Positions 10,000-19,436 of a stretch of 64,000 nt of DNA are shown one piece after another. Source of the stretch: Gemmatimonas sp. (GTDB lineage Bacteria > Gemmatimonadota > Gemmatimonadetes > Gemmatimonadales > Gemmatimonadaceae); contig JANNVQ010000049.1 in NCBI GenBank assembly GCA_031414535.1, forward strand, positions 32,001 to 96,000. The letters run 5' to 3'. Each line of letters starts with the position of its first letter. Positions within the stretch are counted from its first letter, which is position 1. The notes beneath the pieces are model-generated. The model ran no database searches and was not told where the DNA came from. It worked only from the letters and a program-made list of their open reading frames with translations. Both the position numbers and the translations under genes were made by a program.

Positions 10000-12900
10000 T
10001 TAGCGCTGCGTACGCAGCCAGCGCGTGTAGGCCCGCTCCATTTCTTCGAGCTCAAACGGCGAGCTGCTCCCGCCGCCGCCCGCCATCCGCTCCACGCGCA
10101 GCATCTGACGATACGTCTCGCCATCAACGGTCATGGCCACTACGTACGTACCGGCTTCGGCCGTCGGCGCACCACCACCGAATCCGCCACCACCGCCGCC
10201 GCCGCCCATCGCGCCCGTAGCGCGCATGATGGCGAACAGATCTTCCTGCGTGATGCCCATGCCTGCGCCTGGCTCACCCGGAGCACCTGCTCCACCCGCT
10301 CCACCTGCTCCACCTTGACGACGACCACCAGCTCCCGGCGGAGCCGACTCGCCCGGACGCTCAACCCAACGGCCCGGCTGCGCCTGACCGGCACCACCAC
10401 CACCGCCACCGCCGAACCCAAACTGACGGGCCATCGCCTGCATGCCAGTCGCGCCCTGCGCCATCGAACGACGAAGCATCTCAATAGCCGGCGCCGGAAT
10501 GCGACCTTCCGCCGCAACGGAGTCGAGCACCACGGTCACACGACGCGCCTGCAGAAGGGAATCACGCAGCGCCGCGCCCTTCAGTGCCGGACGCGGAGCC
10601 GCACGGCCTTGGAAGGCCCACGTCACCTTGTGCACGCCAGCCTGACCCTGACCCGTGAGCGTCTGCATCGTGTCGCCAGCGGCATCCATCACCACCACGC
10701 GCACCGGCCCGACGTTCTTGCTCAACCGATACCAGATGTCCGCGCCGTACTGCGGGCTCGGCGCGGAGAAGAGCATGTTGCCCGTGGAGTTGCCTTCCAT
10801 CGGCGGCTCGCCCCACTGGAAGCCCGTGCGCGGCGCGTACAGGTGCGCCGTCTGCGTCATCGCACCAGCCATCTGCTGCAGCGGGGCAATGTCCACAATC
10901 CAAATCGCGCGGCCGTGCGTGCCAGCAATGAGCTCGGCGTCGCGCGGATGAATGCGCAGGTCGTGCACCGGCACGTTCGGCAGGCCAGTCATGAAGGCCT
11001 GCCACGTCGCGCCACGATCACCCGACACGTAGGCACCGATGTCGGTACCAACGAAGAGCAGGTTCGCGTTCTTCACATCTTCGCGAATCACGTGCACGAA
11101 GTTGGCACCACCCTTCGGCAGGTTGTTGGCGATGGAGCGGAACGACGCGCCACCGTTGTCCGACACAAACACATACGGTGTGAAGTCACCGCGACGATGA
11201 TTGTCGAAGGTCACGTACACGCGATTCACCTCAGCATTCGAGGGCTCGATGCGCGACACATACGTGCCAGCCGGCACACCAGCAAAGCGCGACGTGAGTT
11301 CCGTCCACGCGCCGCCGTCGTTTGCCGTCATCCACACGCGGCCGTCATCCGTACCGGCATAGAGCAAGCCCGCCTTCACCGGCGATTCATTGAGCGAGAC
11401 GATGGTCCCGAAGGTCTCGGCGCCCGTCGCGTCAATCGTGATGCCACCCGTGGTACGCGTGGAGATGCGAACCTTCATCGTGTCGGCGTAGGAGAGGTCA
11501 GCCGAGATGGGGAACATGTTGTCGCCACGCTGCACGGACTTGTACACCCGGTTGGCGCCCATGTAGAGCACGCTTGGGTTGTGCGGCGAGAGGAAGAACG
11601 GCGTGTTCCAGTTCCAACGCGGTGAATCGGCAATCGAGTCCGTGCGCTGCTGTGCGCGCAAGCCATCGAGCGTACGACGTAGCGCCGGCGTCACGGGGCG
11701 CGTGGTATCGCCACGCACGGTCATGATGGAATCTTCCCACTTCATATACTGCGCACGATAGTTCGGCTTCTGCAGCGCAGTGCGCTGGCCCTCAGAGACG
11801 ATGTAGCGGCCCATGTTGCCGCCCTGCGAGGTCCCGTAGATGATGTTCGCGTTGGTCGGGTCCTGGTTGGTGACGAAGCCGTCGCCGCCGTTGAACGTGA
11901 ACCACATCGCGTTCGTGATCGGGCCCTGACGACGACGCGAGGGACCGCACCATGAACCGTTGTCCTGCAGGCCACCGCACACGCGGTAGGGCACGGCCAT
12001 GTCATACGAGATGTTGTAGAACTGCCCGATTGCGAAGGTGTTCGGGAAGATGTAGTTGCCACCGTTATCGAAGGTGATGCCGATGCCACCGTCGTTACCG
12101 ACGATGTGGCGATCCGGATCCTTCGGGTCAATCCATTGCGCGTGATGGTCCACGTGCAGACCGACCGTCGCGTTTCGCGCGTTCTTGCCGCCCTCATCCG
12201 AGACCTTCACCGGCGTGGACGAGAACCACACGCGGTTGGGGTTGGTCGGATGCACACGCACCTGCGAGTAATAGAAGGGGCGAACGTTGTCCGTCGCCGT
12301 GCGCTCCCACGTCTTGCCACCATCAGCGGAACGATACAAACCGCTGTTGCTCGTCTGCGCGCGTGAGCCAGCCGCCGGACGAGGATTCGGATTCGTATCC
12401 GCTTCCACCATCACATACACGACGTCGCCATTGCTCGGCGCAATCGCAATCTCCATACGACCCTTCATCTGCGTCGGGAAACCACCGCCCGTCACTTCCG
12501 TCCAGGTCTCGCCACCGTCTTCCGAGCGCCAGAGCGCCGACCCACGGCCACCCGACTGCAAGAAGTAGGGGCCGCGCAGACGATGATAGCTCGTCGCCAT
12601 CAACACGTTCGGATTCGACGGATGAATATCAATGTCCACGAAGCCCGTGGTGTCATTGATGAACTTCTTCAGCGTCCACGTCGTGCCGCCGTCGGTGGTC
12701 TTGTACAGTCCACGCTCACGGCTCGGGCGCCACGCGGCGCCAAGTGCAGCCACCCACGCCACGTTCGGATTGGTCGGGTGCACGATGATGCGGCCTACGT
12801 GCTCCGTCTCTTTCAGACCCATGAAGTTCCAGGTTAGGCCGCCGTCCGTGGACTTAAAGACGCCGCCGCCCGGGGAGATGGAGTTACGCGAGTTGGGCTC

Positions 12901-13221
12901 GCCGGTGCCGAGGTAGATGACATTGGTGTCGCTCGGCGCAATTGCGAGATCGCCCAGCGAGGCCACTCCGTAATTGTCGAACACCGGGCGGAAGGTCACG
13001 CCGTTGTTCGTCGTCTTCCACACACCGCCCGCGGCGGCTGCGACGAAGAAGGTCTTGCTGGGCGAGGGAATACCCTCGACGTCAGCAATGCGGCCAGACA
13101 TGTTGGCCGGGCCAACCTGGCGCCAGCGGAGGCCGTCAATGACCGACTGGTCGACGGTTTGAGCCCCGAGCTGAGTAATGCCAGCGAGGCTGAGTGTGGC
13201 TACGAGCTTGAGTGCGCGCAT
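10000..13221 (-). CDS. Secreted VPS10/BNR (Asp-box) repeat beta-propeller protein
   Basis: GPANMSGRI, many S/TxDGGxTW Asp-boxes, GGLQDNGSW, Gly-rich C-terminus. Confidence 0.85.
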   Translation of the reverse strand: MRALKLVATLSLAGITQLGAQTVDQSVIDGLRWRQVGPANMSGRIADVEGIPSPSKTFFVAAAAGGVWKTTNNGVTFRPVFDNYGVASLGDLAIAPSDTNVIYLGTGEPNSRNSISPGGGVFKSTDGGLTWNFMGLKETEHVGRIIVHPTNPNVAWVAALGAAWRPSRERGLYKTTDGGTTWTLKKFINDTTGFVDIDIHPSNPNVLMATSYHRLRGPYFLQSGGRGSALWRSEDGGETWTEVTGGGFPTQMKGRMEIAIAPSNGDVVYVMVEADTNPNPRPAAGSRAQTSNSGLYRSADGGKTWERTATDNVRPFYYSQVRVHPTNPNRVWFSSTPVKVSDEGGKNARNATVGLHVDHHAQWIDPKDPDRHIVGNDGGIGITFDNGGNYIFPNTFAIGQFYNISYDMAVPYRVCGGLQDNGSWCGPSRRRQGPITNAMWFTFNGGDGFVTNQDPTNANIIYGTSQGGNMGRYIVSEGQRTALQKPNYRAQYMKWEDSIMTVRGDTTRPVTPALRRTLDGLRAQQRTDSIADSPRWNWNTPFFLSPHNPSVLYMGANRVYKSVQRGDNMFPISADLSYADTMKVRISTRTTGGITIDATGAETFGTIVSLNESPVKAGLLYAGTDDGRVWMTANDGGAWTELTSRFAGVPAGTYVSRIEPSNAEVNRVYVTFDNHRRGDFTPYVFVSDNGGASFRSIANNLPKGGANFVHVIREDVKNANLLFVGTDIGAYVSGDRGATWQAFMTGLPNVPVHDLRIHPRDAELIAGTHGRAIWIVDIAPLQQMAGAMTQTAHLYAPRTGFQWGEPPMEGNSTGNMLFSAPSPQYGADIWYRLSKNVGPVRVVVMDAAGDTMQTLTGQGQAGVHKVTWAFQGRAAPRPALKGAALRDSLLQARRVTVVLDSVAAEGRIPAPAIEMLRRSMAQGATGMQAMARQFGFGGGGGGGAGQAQPGRWVERPGESAPPGAGGRRQGGAGGAGGAGAPGEPGAGMGITQEDLFAIMRATGAMGGGGGGGGFGGGAPTAEAGTYVVAMTVDGETYRQMLRVERMAGGGGSSSPFELEEMERAYTRWLRTQR

Positions 13222-13234
13222 GGGGGTGGGTTTG

Positions 13235-13255
13235 GGACGGATGACGGATGCTAAC
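13235..13255. repeat. GACGGAT-family repeat copy
   Basis: ggacggatgacggatgctaac; same ending (gatgctaa) as the copies at 38561 and 49329. Confidence 0.8.
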
Positions 13256-13365
13256 CGCTACGGCAACTCAGAATGTACGCTGGCCACGGGCGCACCGTTG
13301 GCGGCCTCGAGAAGCGCGTTGCAGGGCCTAGTCCCTTCCCCCGCCGACGCACTCCTTCGCACATT

Positions 13366-13450
13366 CCCCTCCTCCCCTTCCCCCTTCCCCTCCTCGCTCT
13401 TCAATGCGAAGCCGCTTTTCAGTATCGCTCTTCGCTCTTCTCCTCCTCGC
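13366..13450. repeat. GAAGAGC/GCTCTTC-family repeat, overlapping the start of a lipoprotein gene
   Basis: 13413-13440 is the reverse complement of 47035-47062 with 1 mismatch in 28 nt. Confidence 0.8.
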
Positions 13451-13889
13451 CTGCGGTCCTGAGCGTCTCGAAAAGACCGAAGCCAATCTTCAGCAGGCAG
13501 TGGCCAAGGCCCTCACCCGCGGGGACACCGCCACGCTTTGGCTCTTTATAGAAGTGCCCTTCGCGTATGACAGTTTTTATATCGCGGGCCCACGCACGCC
13601 GGCGGCCCAGATTGCCGACGTGTTCAAGTCAGACGATTGGATTCCAGAGCTCACGCGCGACATCGAGAATCAGGATCACTTTCACCTGCTGCTCTTTGAA
13701 GTGCGCGGCGAGTTGATTCCCGCCACGCTGCTCAAGAGCGTGGCGGACTTTGACCCCGCGTTGGTGGGACGGGTGTACGGACCGGACGACCGCTTCCGCC
13801 TCCGCAGGGCATCGGGGCCGGGCACGGGGGCGCCAATGATTGTGGCACTCCAAGAGACGCCGGCTCCGGCAGCTTCTTCTCGCGAGTGA
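13404..13889 (+). CDS. Hypothetical lipoprotein
   Basis: Signal peptide with lipobox LLAC; host-like codon usage. Confidence 0.65.
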   Translation: MRSRFSVSLFALLLLACGPERLEKTEANLQQAVAKALTRGDTATLWLFIEVPFAYDSFYIAGPRTPAAQIADVFKSDDWIPELTRDIENQDHFHLLLFEVRGELIPATLLKSVADFDPALVGRVYGPDDRFRLRRASGPGTGAPMIVALQETPAPAASSRE

Positions 13890-15924
13890 AGCGGCGGCGC
13901 GCGGCGTCCATCGCGTTGGTGCGCTCCACCCAACGCGCGATCTCCACGTCATACCGCGCCAGGTTGTTCTGTAGCCAGTAGGGTCGGTTCTCGGCCACGT
14001 ACGAACGCTCAAACAGTTCGCGCGTGAGCACGAAGCCGTCGCGCATGTCTTGGAGCTTGCCGTTGATGCCCGTAAACTCGGCGAACTCCTTCCACGTCAC
14101 CGTATCGAGCGTGGCGAGCGCGAGTACCCCTTGCGCCACTTCGTCGGCGATCTGGAACTTCATCGCTAGCCAATCAATGCGGCGGGCGCCGAGCTCCATG
14201 GCATCAACAGCGCTTGTTTCGCGCAGATGGCGCTGCGTGCGCGCGCGGGCGATTTGTACGAGCGCGCTTTCCGCGTGCACGCGCACTGCGGCCAAGTGCG
14301 GACGCAACTTGATTGTCTCAATGACACCTTCCTCGCTCCATGGATCGAGGAAGAACAGGTAGCTACCCGCGTCTCCGGAACCGGCGCGCTGCAGCGCCGC
14401 GTGCGCGGCCATCAAGTGTTGCTGCGCGGCATCAATGGCGCCGAGTGTGTCACCGTGGAAGGTGATGCCATAGGCGCGCTGGAAGTTCGGGATGCTCGAC
14501 TCGCCGTTCTGCCACGACGCCGCGGCGCCGAAGACGAGACCGTACCACACCTGCTCAAAGATCGCATCGCCCCAATCGTCCCACGTCGTGTTGATCACAC
14601 CGGTTGAGCCGCCGCGCTGACCGTCGCGCACGAAGCCTTGGATGTTGGGCAGCGCGGTGTTGCTGTTGGGATACACGCCATTCCAGTTGCTCACGCCCGG
14701 CGCGACCCATGTTTCCATGCCCGCGTCGCGAAACGGCTTGAGATAGCGATCGAAGTTGCTGCGCGACCAATAGTCCCAACCCACCGCGATGAGATCCTTG
14801 GGCAGGCGCGAAACCAGATTGGGCGAGTTCATCGCGATGTCGCCCCAGAACAGGTAGCGCTTGCCTGGCTTGCGTACCGTCGCGACGATATCACGCAGAT
14901 AGTTGATGTACGCGCGGCCAATGCCGGAGTCGGCGACGGTTGCAGCGGTGCGGCCCTTGCCGAGTTCAAAGGTCTCGTCGGCGCCCAAGTGCACGAACGG
15001 CGACGGGAACATCGAGTCAATCTCCGCGAACACGCCGCGCGTGAATGCCAGCGTCCCGCTCTGGCCCGGTGCGAGCACGTGCCCGTGCGGCGTCTCGGCG
15101 AGATCAGCGTAGAGCTCCAGCTTGAGCGCGTGATGCAGATGCCCAAAGGTCTGCTGCTGCGGAATCACCGTGATGTGGTAGCGCCGCGCGTAAGCCACCA
15201 ACTCGGCCACGTCCTCGCGGCTCATTGATCCGCCCGGCGGTGCAATCACCGGCTGCGAGGCAAACTGCAGCGTGTGTTCAAAGTACAGCGTGAACGTGTT
15301 GATCTTGTATGCCGCGAGACGGCGCACTTGGGATTTTTGGTATGCGAGCGTCGGCACCGGGCCACGCGAGAGATCGTCCTGCACACCGCGCCAACGCATG
15401 GCCGGCCAATCGCGGATCACGACGCGCTCAAGGCGTGCAGAGTTGCCAGCGCCGATGATCAACTGCTTAATCGTTTGCAGGCCGTAGAACACGCCCGCAT
15501 TTGAGTGCGCGACAATCGTCGCTCCGGCGGTGTCTGTGACGAGGATGTAGCCCTCGTCATTCATCGCGTTGTCCCAACGCAGACGCGCTTGGTCGAGAAA
15601 GCGTCGCGCGGGCTCGGAGCCGTTACGTAGCACGCTCACGTGCCAGCCGTGTGCACTCGCGTGGACGGAAGCGCTGAAGCCGCGTTCGCGCATGGACTCG
15701 GCGAATTCTCGTGCCGCGTCGGCGTCGGTGGCGTCGCTGCCGGGGCTGACGGAGATCTGCGCGCGGAAGAGTGCGGAGCCGTCGTGGCGAACGAGTTCGC
15801 GGGGGGCCGGGAGCAGGCGAAGGGCCGAAGCGGCGGTCGCGGGGGCTGCTGGGGTCGCGGTCGGCCGGGACTGGCCGATCAGCGCTGCGGGCATCAACAG
15901 CGCGAGGAGGGCGAATTGGCGCAT
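13732..15924 (-). CDS. Beta-N-acetylhexosaminidase (GH20)
   Basis: Signal peptide MRQFALL, DEGYIL, GVFYGLQT, IRDWPAMRWRG, catalytic HLGADE. Confidence 0.88.
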   Translation of the reverse strand: MRQFALLALLMPAALIGQSRPTATPAAPATAASALRLLPAPRELVRHDGSALFRAQISVSPGSDATDADAAREFAESMRERGFSASVHASAHGWHVSVLRNGSEPARRFLDQARLRWDNAMNDEGYILVTDTAGATIVAHSNAGVFYGLQTIKQLIIGAGNSARLERVVIRDWPAMRWRGVQDDLSRGPVPTLAYQKSQVRRLAAYKINTFTLYFEHTLQFASQPVIAPPGGSMSREDVAELVAYARRYHITVIPQQQTFGHLHHALKLELYADLAETPHGHVLAPGQSGTLAFTRGVFAEIDSMFPSPFVHLGADETFELGKGRTAATVADSGIGRAYINYLRDIVATVRKPGKRYLFWGDIAMNSPNLVSRLPKDLIAVGWDYWSRSNFDRYLKPFRDAGMETWVAPGVSNWNGVYPNSNTALPNIQGFVRDGQRGGSTGVINTTWDDWGDAIFEQVWYGLVFGAAASWQNGESSIPNFQRAYGITFHGDTLGAIDAAQQHLMAAHAALQRAGSGDAGSYLFFLDPWSEEGVIETIKLRPHLAAVRVHAESALVQIARARTQRHLRETSAVDAMELGARRIDWLAMKFQIADEVAQGVLALATLDTVTWKEFAEFTGINGKLQDMRDGFVLTRELFERSYVAENRPYWLQNNLARYDVEIARWVERTNAMDAARRRFTREKKLPEPASLGVPQSLAPPCPAPMPCGGGSGRPVRTPVPPTRGQSPPRS

Positions 15925-16010
15925 GGGCAGAATGTAATGATTGTGAGTGCCACCGAGCCCGGCGTTACCCTGCGGCATGATCGAGCGCCGCCGAGGGGGA
16001 TCAGACGACC

Positions 16011-16045
16011 TTGTCGAAGTAGCTACTAGTAGCTACATTTCCGAA
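16011..16045 (+). promoter_or_regulatory. Sigma70-like leaderless promoter with palindromic operator
   Basis: TTGTCG-17bp-TACATT-6bp-ATG; perfect 18-bp palindrome GTAGCTACTAGTAGCTAC at 16019-16036. Confidence 0.7.
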
Positions 16046-16348
16046 ATGAAGACCGTCGGTATCAAAGAGCTCAAGAACAAGCTGAGCGAATACGTGCAGT
16101 TGGCGAAGTCCGGCGAGGTCGTGATGATTACTCACCGCGGCGAGGTCGTGGCGGAGTTGCGCGCGCCGAAGCGGTCGGACGATCCGCTCATGGACGATCC
16201 GTGGTTTGCCGAGCAGGTGCGTTTGGGCCTCATCACACCTGCCAAGGTGCCGCCGGGCACGCCGCTCAAGCTCACGCGTGACTATCCGCTCGTTCCCCTC
16301 GAGGAAATCTTACGCGACCTTGACGAGATGGGTGAGGACCGCATTTGA
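16046..16348 (+). CDS. Phd/YefM-family antitoxin
   Basis: MKTVGIKELKNKLSEYV...GEVVMITHRGEVVAEL. Confidence 0.9.
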   Translation: MKTVGIKELKNKLSEYVQLAKSGEVVMITHRGEVVAELRAPKRSDDPLMDDPWFAEQVRLGLITPAKVPPGTPLKLTRDYPLVPLEEILRDLDEMGEDRI

Positions 16349-16731
16349 TCTACGTGGACGCGTCAGTCGTTCTCGCGTCGTTATTTGGCGAGGCTCAGCG
16401 GCCGAGTGATCTCTTCTGGGATGGACCGCGGCTAGCGAGTCGGCTGACCGATCTCGAAGTGCGTGTTCGGACCGCGTCTCGTTTGCCTCAGGGTCAGAGC
16501 GTCATCGGCATGCAGCACATCCTGTCCCGGGTGCGGTTCGTGGAGATTTCAGAGCGGTCAGTGGAGCTGCTCTACACCGCCCCACCACGGTCGCTGCGCA
16601 CGCTCGATGCGATTCATCTGGCGACACTCGCACATTTGAACCGCGGACCGCGCCACATCGCACTCGCCACCTACGACCGTCGCCTCGCCACCGCCGCTCA
16701 AGCAATGGGCTTCACCGTGATCACCCCATGA
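16345..16731 (+). CDS. vapC: VapC-family PIN toxin
   Basis: MIYVDAS, LRTLDAIHLATL, LATYDRRL. Overlaps the antitoxin stop. Confidence 0.9.
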   Translation: MIYVDASVVLASLFGEAQRPSDLFWDGPRLASRLTDLEVRVRTASRLPQGQSVIGMQHILSRVRFVEISERSVELLYTAPPRSLRTLDAIHLATLAHLNRGPRHIALATYDRRLATAAQAMGFTVITP

Positions 16732-17543
16732 GCCGCCGCGAATATTGGCGTCGAGTCATCTTCGACCACGACACGTCGGCCGGCCGTCGCTTCGACGTCC
16801 TGCTCATCATCGCCATCGTCAGCAGCGTTGCGACGATGATCCTCGACAGCGTCGCCGGCCTTCCCGACTGGCTGCACGACACGCTGTTCTGGCTCGAGTG
16901 GACGTTCACCGTGCTGTTCACCATCGAGTACGCGGCGCGGCTCTGGTGCGCGGCTAATCGCGTATCCTACGCGCGCGGATTCTTCGGCGTCGTCGATCTG
17001 CTCGCCATCCTGCCCTCGTGGATTGGCCTGCTCTTTCCCGAGACGCGCTTCCTAGGCGTGGTCCGTGTGCTGCGCGTCCTGCGCATCTTCCGCATCCTCA
17101 AGCTCACGCAGTACGTAGCCGAGGCTAGCGTAATTACGCGGGCGCTGGTGGCGGCACGCTACAAGATCATCGTGTTCATGTTCAGCATCGTCACGGCGGT
17201 GAGCGTGGTGGGGTCCCTGATGTTCGTGATCGAAGGCCCCGAGCACGGTTTCACAAGCATTCCCGTTTCCATGTATTGGGCTATCGTGACCATGACCACC
17301 GTGGGCTACGGGGACATCTCACCGGTGACAACGGCGGGCCGTATGCTTGCGAGCGTACTGATGATCATGGGCTACGGGATTATCGCGGTGCCTACGGGCA
17401 TCGTGACAATGGAGCTACAGCGCGCGCAGAACAATCTGCCGCGCGCGGTGACCTGCCCTGTCTGTGGGCGGGATGGACATGACTTGGATGCGCACTTCTG
17501 CAAAGGCTGCGGGGCGAAGCTTCCGCTGGCGGGAGTGCTTTAA
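16728..17543 (+). CDS. Voltage-gated potassium channel (ion transporter) with C-terminal zinc ribbon
   Basis: S4 RVLRVLRIFRILK, selectivity filter TTVGYGD, CPVC...CKGC. Confidence 0.92.
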   Translation: MSRREYWRRVIFDHDTSAGRRFDVLLIIAIVSSVATMILDSVAGLPDWLHDTLFWLEWTFTVLFTIEYAARLWCAANRVSYARGFFGVVDLLAILPSWIGLLFPETRFLGVVRVLRVLRIFRILKLTQYVAEASVITRALVAARYKIIVFMFSIVTAVSVVGSLMFVIEGPEHGFTSIPVSMYWAIVTMTTVGYGDISPVTTAGRMLASVLMIMGYGIIAVPTGIVTMELQRAQNNLPRAVTCPVCGRDGHDLDAHFCKGCGAKLPLAGVL

Positions 17544-19378
17544 CGCGGCGCGAGGCCCGTGATGCGTTGCCAATGCTCCCAGATCAGCACCATCGCGAGC
17601 GTGTCGAGTTTGCAGTACTCCAGGAGTAGTTGCGACCACTGTTGTTTGGCGAGCGAATCCTCGCGCTCCAAGCCGTACGCCATCGCGAAGTACGCGCGCA
17701 CAGCGCCCGTGCCTTCTACTACCTCCTGCAACTCACCGTTGATTTCCAGCGGCGGCAGCGCCGCGTAGGGGCCGAGCTCCGCGTCACCCTCGCGCTCCGC
17801 CAACTCGGCGAATCGCGCACGCGCCTCAGGCGACTGCTTCCACACCGCGTCTAGCACCCATTTAATTGAGTTGCTACCCTGCATCCGCGGATGGTAGTAG
17901 CGCGAGCGGCAAAGCTTGAGCATATCGAGCTGCCGGCCGCCTTCATTTGTGAGCGGCAGAGCCGCCGCGCGCAGCCAGTTCGCCATCTCTACATCGCCAG
18001 AGCCCAGCGACGACATCTCGTCGGCCACGGTGCTCAGCACCGATTTCTCAAATGGCGACCACACCAACAGTGTGCCGTCGTCTCCCACCGTATCGCGTAG
18101 CGAACGCGCGAACATCTCATTAGGCCACAGCGGGTCTATGTTCAGAAACTCGCGGTGCAGCATTGGCGCGCCAGGCTCTGGCTGCGTGTGACAACTCCAC
18201 TGGAATGCCAGCAAGCCGTATGGCGTCATGCCTTTGTGATGCGGAATCGCGATGCGGGCGGCTTCGAAGTCAATGAAGTGCAGCGGCCAACGCGCGGCTG
18301 ACATCTCGTGGGCGAGCGCGGAGTCTACCCACTCCTTATTGGCTTGCGACTGTTCAATCTGCACGCGCTGCCTCGAGCCGTAGCTGCCCTTGAGCTTTGC
18401 AACCTCATCGCCGGGAATCTCAGTGACACGATTCACACCGCGCTCAATCATCGTATCAATCAACTCGCCACCTCGATACAACTGCAGCACGTGCGGCGTT
18501 TCATCAGCGCGGGCACCCCAGCACTCGCGGAACCCACTCGGCTCCGTCGCACCGTTCACGCGGAACTCGCAATCGCGGCACTTCCGACTAAGCTGCGGCG
18601 GGATGCGCGTGAGCGCCGGCGTCAGCGACGCCACCAACTCCTCAGCGTACTCCCGAACCTCAGGCTCCAGCTCTTCGACTTCTGCCGTGCAGTCCAATGC
18701 GATTGTCAGCCCAGACTCGCGCGCTAGCGCCGCATCACCCACAAACTCTGCCGTCGCCAAGTGCCCGTCCGTGCCGCGTACGATGGTGAACCACTTTGGC
18801 ATAGCATCGAACGGGGCCGACTTCCGCTTGTCTATCAAGATGAGATGTGCGCGAATCGGCACGCCTGGGTACAAATCGCGCAACAGCGCCACTTGGAAGG
18901 TCACGTCCTCCAAGTACTCGCGCCAATCGCTAGCGATGCCAAAGGGTGAGCGCATTGAGCGGAACGCCGAGCCCGTCCTCTCCTGCCGCTTCGCTGCGTC
19001 TTCCACATCAATAGAAGAGGACTTCACCTCATAGAGATCAAAGCCCTGCGGACCGCGACGCAGCACGTCTACCCGTGCTTGGCGGAAACCGTCGAATAGC
19101 GTGGCTTCAAACAGCGTCACATGCTCCTTCTCGCCGTGCGCTAGGTGCTGCGTGGTATCACTGGCGGCATCCTTGAGCGGACGCGAGCCATATGAGAGCG
19201 TGATGCCTTCGGGGAACAGTTGCTTGGCCAGCAGCTCCACCATGTAGCCACCCTCCGCGAGCAGCTGCATGTACTCGTTCTCCTGCATTGTGTCCGGGTA
19301 CTTCAGCTCACGGTAGTACAGCTTGGTCGCGCAGCTACGCGAGGCTTTGAAGTCGGATTTGGAGAGTGTGTGAGGCAT
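17540..19378 (-). CDS. DUF2779-type protein: Cas4/RecB-like PD-(D/E)XK nuclease plus RNase H-like domain
   Basis: LSKSDF..SRSC, ARVDVL...YEVKSS, DVTFQ, Cys cluster CRDCEF...ECW, then FIDFEA, FQWSCH, SNSIKWVL, LLEYCKLDT. Confidence 0.8.
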   Translation of the reverse strand: MPHTLSKSDFKASRSCATKLYYRELKYPDTMQENEYMQLLAEGGYMVELLAKQLFPEGITLSYGSRPLKDAASDTTQHLAHGEKEHVTLFEATLFDGFRQARVDVLRRGPQGFDLYEVKSSSIDVEDAAKRQERTGSAFRSMRSPFGIASDWREYLEDVTFQVALLRDLYPGVPIRAHLILIDKRKSAPFDAMPKWFTIVRGTDGHLATAEFVGDAALARESGLTIALDCTAEVEELEPEVREYAEELVASLTPALTRIPPQLSRKCRDCEFRVNGATEPSGFRECWGARADETPHVLQLYRGGELIDTMIERGVNRVTEIPGDEVAKLKGSYGSRQRVQIEQSQANKEWVDSALAHEMSAARWPLHFIDFEAARIAIPHHKGMTPYGLLAFQWSCHTQPEPGAPMLHREFLNIDPLWPNEMFARSLRDTVGDDGTLLVWSPFEKSVLSTVADEMSSLGSGDVEMANWLRAAALPLTNEGGRQLDMLKLCRSRYYHPRMQGSNSIKWVLDAVWKQSPEARARFAELAEREGDAELGPYAALPPLEINGELQEVVEGTGAVRAYFAMAYGLEREDSLAKQQWSQLLLEYCKLDTLAMVLIWEHWQRITGLAPR

Positions 19379-19436
19379 TCGAGCGGAGTCAGTGGGATGC
19401 GGAGAAGGCTAGCGCGGGGGTCTGACAGTGGCGCGT

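Noticed and set aside
10170..10420. Gly-rich repeats (ccaccaccg...)
   Set aside because: Low-complexity coding linker of the VPS10 protein, not an independent element.
10315..11625. 436-aa plus-strand ORF, and similar long ORFs at 895-2061, 1076-2161 and 42086-43321
   Set aside because: Antisense shadows of well-supported genes, with Arg/Ala/Ser-rich composition typical of GC-rich non-coding frames.
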